Positions 58,702 to 64,000 of a stretch of 64,000 bases of DNA are shown here, piece after piece (position 1 is the stretch's first letter; each line of letters opens with the position of its first letter). The notes beneath the pieces were generated by a model. The model saw nothing but the letters and a program-made list of their open reading frames with translations, made no database searches and was not told the origin of the DNA. Source of the stretch: Leptonemataceae bacterium (GTDB taxonomy: Bacteria; Spirochaetota; Leptospiria; Leptospirales; Leptonemataceae); contig OZ245742.1 of the NCBI GenBank assembly GCA_965227295.1, forward strand, positions 2,016,001 through 2,080,000. Reading direction: 5' to 3'. Position numbers and translations under genes: made by a program.

Positions 58702-59801
58702 ACAGAATTTATAACCGCGAATATTTGGAAGAAATTCTCGATCGCATTGGGGCGGCGCTGGATCTCCCCCCGGGGCGGGAGGACAATATTAAGAATCGGT
58801 ATAAGAGCGTTCAAGAATACCTTTGTGGGGATGAATTTTTTAGATCAAGAGATTTGAATGTTTATCCTCAAGGCTCTTTTCGGCTTGGTACGGTGAATAG
58901 CGGTTTTAACGGAGAAGACGTCGATCTTGACTTTGTCCTGGAAATCGTTTCAGAAGAATTCGAAGTCGGCCCCATGAGACTGTATAGTCTTGTCCATGAA
59001 AGACTTCTGGGGAATGAGCATTATCGTTCAAAGGTAAAGACCAAAAATCGCTGCCTCCAATTGCAATACAAGGGTCAGTTTCATATGGATATTCTGCCTG
59101 CCATTGCTGTCCCAGGTAGAAGTGATACGAGCATCCTTATCCCCGATCGTAAGCTTCAGTCATGGACTGCAAGTAATCCGCGCGGCTATGCCGTTTGGTT
59201 CGAGAATCAGACCATTCAAATGCGTGAGAACTTCTTGTCTATGAAGGCTGAGGCTCTGGCCGGAGATCACCAAGTGGAGCCAGTGGCGGATCGCGAAACG
59301 CATGAACAAAAACTCCCACTCAAGAAAGCGATTCGGCTAATGAAGCGGCATCGAGATATTTACTTCGCGAATAAACCGAAGTTGAAACCGATTAGTATCG
59401 TGTTAACTACGCTGGCATCTGAGAATTATGCGGGAGATCTTGATGTGTATCCGACCTTAATGAACATTCTGAACAGTCTCTGTCAGAAGTACTCGGGTCT
59501 TTGGGGGCCGCCAGAAATCAAAAACCCGACGAATGCAAATGAAAACTTTGCTGAAAAATGGATCGCGGAGCCACACTTGTTCCGGGCTTTTCAAGAGTAT
59601 ATCAAGTATCTACGGGACTGGTGGGCGACCTTGCCGGAAAGATGGCCGGAAGACTTGGGACATTCGCTAAGTGAACACCTGGGCGATGGGGTGCGCAGGG
59701 TCTACGAAGAATATCAGAGAAACCTCGCGGATCGCGAGAGCTTCGGAGCTCCGGCCGTAATAAACTCAAAGGAAAGAACAAAGCCATGGCGAATCCAGTG
59801 A
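58698..59801 (+). CDS. cGAS/DncV-like nucleotidyltransferase (CD-NTase, SMODS)
   Basis: YPQGSFRLGT, DVDLD, FHMDILPA, SNPRGYA.WF, L.KAI.LMKRHRD, PISIVLTTLA, I.NPTN.NENFAEKW. Confidence 0.93.
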   Translation: MNRIYNREYLEEILDRIGAALDLPPGREDNIKNRYKSVQEYLCGDEFFRSRDLNVYPQGSFRLGTVNSGFNGEDVDLDFVLEIVSEEFEVGPMRLYSLVHERLLGNEHYRSKVKTKNRCLQLQYKGQFHMDILPAIAVPGRSDTSILIPDRKLQSWTASNPRGYAVWFENQTIQMRENFLSMKAEALAGDHQVEPVADRETHEQKLPLKKAIRLMKRHRDIYFANKPKLKPISIVLTTLASENYAGDLDVYPTLMNILNSLCQKYSGLWGPPEIKNPTNANENFAEKWIAEPHLFRAFQEYIKYLRDWWATLPERWPEDLGHSLSEHLGDGVRRVYEEYQRNLADRESFGAPAVINSKERTKPWRIQ

Positions 59802-60478
59802 TTTCCCGTGCGCGGCGCTCTACGTTTCTCCGGAAAGAGTTGGCTGTTGCAAAGATGTTGCTAAAAAAAGCAAAGGTGACTTGGGGCAGTCAGGTGTCTG
59901 TGCGCGGATGGTTTCATTTTAGCACGCGCGTCGATGGCAGGGTTATTGAGGACCTGTACGAAATTCGAATAGTTTTTCCGGAACAATACCCAGGCTTGTG
60001 GCCAGTCGCTTATGAATTACAGAATCGAGTGACGTCTCAATTCCATCGCAACCCTGACGAGTCACTATGCCTCGGCTCGAATCTTGATTTGCATCGCATC
60101 TATAGTAGGGATAAAGGGTTTGAGAATTTTATCAAAGAGATGCTTACTCCTTTTTTAGCCGGGCATAGTTTCTGGAAGCGTTATGGCGTTGCGCCCTTCG
60201 GAGAAAGGGCGCATGGAGGAGATGGCGTTTGGCAGGCTTACTTGGATTTGTATTCGGAGGAAAGTCTGGATACAGTCCTTGGTGCTGTTGAATGGGCATT
60301 AAAGAATCGTGAAGAACGTGGTCATGTCGTTTGTCCCTGTGTGCTGAAGGCCAAAATGCGTGAATGCGGTCAGAGCGGTTGTAGGTTGTTCGCAGGGCTA
60401 CAGCTAATCCAATCTATGCACCCAGCTCTGTTGCGCCAGGATCTCGATGCACTACGTAGTTCATTGATCCGGGAGTAG
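59786..60478 (+). CDS. Prokaryotic E2-like protein with C-terminal SEC-C-like Cys motif (short type II CBASS)
   Basis: YEIRIVFPEQYP..WP.AYE, HRNPDESLCLG (E2 catalytic Cys), PFGERAHG..G..QAY, CPC......REC; overlaps the CD-NTase 3' end. Confidence 0.82.
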   Translation: MANPVISRARRSTFLRKELAVAKMLLKKAKVTWGSQVSVRGWFHFSTRVDGRVIEDLYEIRIVFPEQYPGLWPVAYELQNRVTSQFHRNPDESLCLGSNLDLHRIYSRDKGFENFIKEMLTPFLAGHSFWKRYGVAPFGERAHGGDGVWQAYLDLYSEESLDTVLGAVEWALKNREERGHVVCPCVLKAKMRECGQSGCRLFAGLQLIQSMHPALLRQDLDALRSSLIRE

Positions 60479-60489
60479 GTAAACGAATC

Positions 60490-60540
60490 CCCGCGCCAGG
60501 GATGCGCGAGCCCGAAGCAGCCCACCTACTCGATCCCAAA
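60490..60540 (+). repeat. Internally deleted REP-like element carrying the last ~10 nt of a group II intron
   Basis: cgcgccagggatg-cgcgagcccgaagcagccc-a-cctactcgat|cccaaa; the 16-mer at 60525-60540 is identical to 6471-6486. Confidence 0.7.
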
Positions 60541-60777
60541 CAATCTTTCAAAAGAACCTGAGCCCACTGCCGACTCTCGCGGTAGCGCACAAACGTCCCG
60601 AAACACAGTCATCGAAATGCGGATAAACACAGATTGACGCAGGCCCCCCGCCGGCCGAAACTCAGAGAATCGAGGAGCATCCAATTTTGCACGTGCGCGT
60701 GCGAAATTCGGGAAGGAGAAACATCCACGATCGCCGAACTCCTCGCCCCTGATGACACAAATCGAATCACATTTTCA

Positions 60778-61650
60778 TTGACTCAAAACCGCAACTCGTA
60801 CAATGGACGAAGCCCGCGAGGTGCCGCCACGCAATACGACATCGCCAGCAAAGAGTTCATGCACATCAGCGGGCGGGAGATCCTACAAAAGTTCCTGCAA
60901 ACGAAGCCGACGCTGGTCGAAGCAATGGAAGAGTTACCGACCGAGACGGTAAACGTCCGGCGATCCGATGCACCGGTCCGTATGATGCAGGCGGACGGGG
61001 CGGAGCGGATCGTGCTCGTGGAGTACCAGACGAACTGGGAGAGTGAGTTACCGATGCGCCTCGTAGAGTATCACGCGCGGTATTGGCTAAAGTACCGGGT
61101 GCCGGTGGATACGTTGGTTTTTTTGATCCGACCTCATCAGGCGGCGAACGCAGAGTATGCGAATCATGCCATCCGATTTCAATATCGGCTGATTAAACTC
61201 TGGGAGTTGCCGGCCGCGGAGTGGATCGAGGCCGAATCGGCGTTGTTGCCGTTTGTCCCCTTAATGAAGGACGGCGGGCAGTACGTCGAGCGAGCCCGGG
61301 AGCGGATACAGAAAGATGCAAAACTCAGTGCCGAAGAAAAAACGAGTTTATTAACGGTGCTATGCGTGTATACCGGGATGCACGATCCCGAGCAGGCGCG
61401 GGACATCCTCAGAAAGGCAGGCCAACTTATGATAGAATCACCCGTCTACGATTGGATTCGGCAAGAGGGCGTCGAAGAAGGCCGTGAAGAAGGCCGTGAA
61501 GAGGGCCGTGAAGAGGGCCGTGAAGAAGGCAAGCTGGAAACTGCGGCGCGTATGCTGGAACACGGCCTGGACCTGGCGACGGTCCTGAAAGTAACGGGCC
61601 TGTCGGAAGAATTGCTGCGCGCTCGCGGCGTGTGGCCGGGCGAATCTTGA
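60778..61650 (+). CDS. Rpn/YhgA-like PD-(D/E)XK nuclease (putative transposase family)
   Basis: YDIASK, RRSD, LVEYQT, MRL.EY, LLPFVPLM, ESPVY..I.QEG, (EEGR)n, A.RML..GL...V.KVTGLS; start uncertain. Confidence 0.85.
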   Translation: MTQNRNSYNGRSPRGAATQYDIASKEFMHISGREILQKFLQTKPTLVEAMEELPTETVNVRRSDAPVRMMQADGAERIVLVEYQTNWESELPMRLVEYHARYWLKYRVPVDTLVFLIRPHQAANAEYANHAIRFQYRLIKLWELPAAEWIEAESALLPFVPLMKDGGQYVERARERIQKDAKLSAEEKTSLLTVLCVYTGMHDPEQARDILRKAGQLMIESPVYDWIRQEGVEEGREEGREEGREEGREEGKLETAARMLEHGLDLATVLKVTGLSEELLRARGVWPGES

Positions 61651-61708
61651 TTTCGCGTATCGATGAATACCGGAGCCGTCAGAATAGCAGTAGGTCTCGA
61701 TGCCATGC

Positions 61709-62863
61709 TGAAATAGTCAAGATTCCATCTGACACTCCGATATAATTTGTATCGGAGGAAAGAGATGACAGCAGAACAAAAAATCGTAAAGCACCGGGTG
61801 GGCATCTTGAGGCTGGCCCGTACTCTGAATAACGTTGCAGAGGCTTGCCGGGTGATGGGCGTATCACGCGATACGTTCTACCGGTATCAGCGGTTGTACG
61901 AGACCGGAGGCGAAGAGGCCCTGAAGGATCTCACGCGGCGCAAGCCGAACAAGAAGAACCGGATTCCGGCGGATGTGGAAGACGCGGTGATCGAGTTCAC
62001 GTTCGAGAAGCCGGCGCACGGTCAATTGCGCGTGTCGAATGAGCTGCGCAAGCGCGGCGTTTCGATCTCACCGGGCGGCGTGCGTCAGGTCTGGTTGCGG
62101 CACGACATGGAGACGTTCAAGAAGCGTCTGAAGGCCCTGGAAGCCCGCGTCGCGCAAGAGGGGATCATTCTCACCGAGGCACAGGTCGCGGCGCTTGAGA
62201 AAGGCCGCCAGGACAAAGAAGCGCACGGCGAGGTCGAATCGCACCACCCCGGCTATCTGGGCTCGCAGGACACGTATTACGTGGGCAATATCAAGGGCGT
62301 GGGGCGGATCTACCAGCAGACCTTCATCGACACGTACGCTAAGGTCGGCTTTGCAAAACTTTACGATCGCAAGAACGCACTGACGGCGGCCGACTTGCTG
62401 AACGATCGTGTGTTGCCGTTCTACGCGGACTACAACATCCCGCTGCTGCGCGTGCTCACCGATCGCGGCACGGAGTACTGCGGCAAGCCGGAGAATCACG
62501 AGTACGAGTTGTACCTCGCGATGGAGGACATCGATCACACCAAAACCAAAGCGCGGCATCCGCAAACGAACGGCGTCTGCGAACGCTTTCACAAGACGAT
62601 TCAGGAAGAATTCTACGCCGTCGCGTTTCGCAAGAAACTCTACTCAAGCATCGAGGAGCTGCAAGCCGATCTGGATGAATGGATGCTCGAGTATAACCAG
62701 GAACGGACGCACAGCGGCAAGTACTGCTTCGGCAAGACGCCGGCGCAAACGTTCGCTGAATCCATCGCCGTGGCGCGTGAAAAGATGCTGCATAAACAGC
62801 ATCAGGTATCGACCTGATCATATCTGACAGGCAGGAGTGTCAGATCGGGTGTTGGCTAGTACA
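61709..62863 (+). mobile_element. IS481-family insertion sequence with 6-bp target duplication CCATGC
   Basis: Imperfect 30-bp IRs (tgaaatagtcaagattccatctgacactcc / tgtactagccaacacccgatctgacactcc); ccatgc at 61703-61708 and 62864-62869. Confidence 0.93.
61765..62817 (+). CDS. IS481-family DDE transposase
   Basis: NV.EACR.MGVSRDTFYR HTH; PGYLGSQDT, TDRGTEYCG, PQTNG.CERFH. Confidence 0.95.
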   Translation: MTAEQKIVKHRVGILRLARTLNNVAEACRVMGVSRDTFYRYQRLYETGGEEALKDLTRRKPNKKNRIPADVEDAVIEFTFEKPAHGQLRVSNELRKRGVSISPGGVRQVWLRHDMETFKKRLKALEARVAQEGIILTEAQVAALEKGRQDKEAHGEVESHHPGYLGSQDTYYVGNIKGVGRIYQQTFIDTYAKVGFAKLYDRKNALTAADLLNDRVLPFYADYNIPLLRVLTDRGTEYCGKPENHEYELYLAMEDIDHTKTKARHPQTNGVCERFHKTIQEEFYAVAFRKKLYSSIEELQADLDEWMLEYNQERTHSGKYCFGKTPAQTFAESIAVAREKMLHKQHQVST

Positions 62864-62865
62864 CC

Positions 62866-64000
62866 ATGCTCTTTCGGAGCGTGCTGGCGTATCTGTATGA
62901 GCAGGGCGTCTTTCCGAACTCCTATACTGATGCCGATACCGGTGCCACGGTAAACATCGACGAACCCTGGCTCGATGTCCGGGACGGCGCCACGGAGGAC
63001 CCCGCGCTCGTGCTGCGATTGACCGGGACTCTGAGTAACAATGGAGCCGACGCGGAGTTCGAGTACGAGTTTGATCTGGCTCCCTTCGCGCGTTCCATTG
63101 CGAATCAGGCTCCGGTCGCCGCGCTACAGTTGCGTCCCATGCCGGATGCTCCCCCGGATCCATTAAGAGAACGTCTCGAAGCGTCAGTCGGCAATGTTCT
63201 GAGCCAATTCGATATTCCCATCTTTGATCCTTTGATCGGCCTTCTTGAAGCTTCTCATTTTCCCGAGGGCAACCCGCCCTCGAGGGACGAATGGACGGCT
63301 GAGTTTTATCTGGGACGTGTTGGGAATCTGGAACACCGGGATATCCTGTTCCGGGCCGGACGACCGGACATTCCTGAAATACGCCAGACGACGATGCTGC
63401 AGACGGTGCCGGCCCTCATGGCCACGCTCGCTTTACCGGGGGAGAGTGCAATTCTGCCCGGAAGAGCCTCGATCGTACCCCGGGCGACGGGGATTCAGAT
63501 CCTGCTCAGTCGTCCCGCCATGGATGCCCTGCTCCAGGCGCAGGCCGATGCTCGCGTGGGTACCCGGGTACAGGGGGCCACGATCCAACGGAATCGCATG
63601 TTGATGCACGACCTCGGCATCGAGATTCGCGGGCGGGCCAGGCATTCAGAAAAAGCTACGACCATTGATTGGGACGGCGTCTTGCTCATCATGTTTCGTA
63701 AGCGATTCGTTCACCGGATTGACGGGCGCATCGGCTGGCACGACGGCTTCGTATCTGTATTCGCTTCGGGTATTGATGTCGACGTGGATTATGATTGGTG
63801 GGTTGATCTACTTCGCGGTTTGAGCGGTTCTCTTTTGTGGGCCTTCCATCTGATCATGGAAAAGGAGGCCTTCCGGAAGGCCGAAGAGGCGCCCGACGTC
63901 GTGCGTTCCGCTTTCCGGGACCAGGTCAGCGGCTCGTTGCGAGCGATGATGGCGGCCGCGGCCGGCTTGAGTAACCTGGACGCCGCGCCGTTCCTGACCT
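62866..64000 (+). CDS. Hypothetical protein, 5'-disrupted by IS481, runs off window
   Basis: Manual translation from ATG 62866 (MLFRSVLAYLYEQGVFPNSY...) is open to 64000 and in frame with 14 codons from ATG 61663 on the other side of the IS. Confidence 0.75.
   Translation, partial: MLFRSVLAYLYEQGVFPNSYTDADTGATVNIDEPWLDVRDGATEDPALVLRLTGTLSNNGADAEFEYEFDLAPFARSIANQAPVAALQLRPMPDAPPDPLRERLEASVGNVLSQFDIPIFDPLIGLLEASHFPEGNPPSRDEWTAEFYLGRVGNLEHRDILFRAGRPDIPEIRQTTMLQTVPALMATLALPGESAILPGRASIVPRATGIQILLSRPAMDALLQAQADARVGTRVQGATIQRNRMLMHDLGIEIRGRARHSEKATTIDWDGVLLIMFRKRFVHRIDGRIGWHDGFVSVFASGIDVDVDYDWWVDLLRGLSGSLLWAFHLIMEKEAFRKAEEAPDVVRSAFRDQVSGSLRAMMAAAAGLSNLDAAPFLT

Overview
GC-rich bacterial chromosome segment, most consistent with a Leptospiraceae-like spirochaete. 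The evidence is a hemA-hemC/D-hemL-kinase-regulator-hemE cluster with a TGACA-N6-TGACA box, an LA_0442-like protein and fliS. Core content: queuosine-precursor and purine transporters, an MCP, a SUF operon (sufB-C-D-Rieske ... sufS-sufU) split by a ~5.3 kb accessory block, uppP, fliS with a sigma28 promoter, a secreted caspase-like protease, haem synthesis genes, the AmmeMemoRadiSam trio and a 1.76k-aa kinase/ATPase/GAF/PP2C protein. Mobile and repeat content: a complete group IIC intron (4597-6480) inserted in a dispersed REP-like element, a probable intron scar in another copy of that element at ~60.5 kb, two palindromic MITE-like elements in the suf operon, a non-coding 331-bp tandem array (39885-40925) and an IS481 element with a 6-bp target duplication. 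The most notable feature is an AT-richer defence island (~52.8-61.7 kb). Its core is an E2-only (type II short) CBASS whose only candidate effector is an N-terminal SAVED domain fused to a C-terminal HExxH metallopeptidase-like domain, divergent from a LexA/S24-type repressor. All calls are by motif recognition; no database searches were run.
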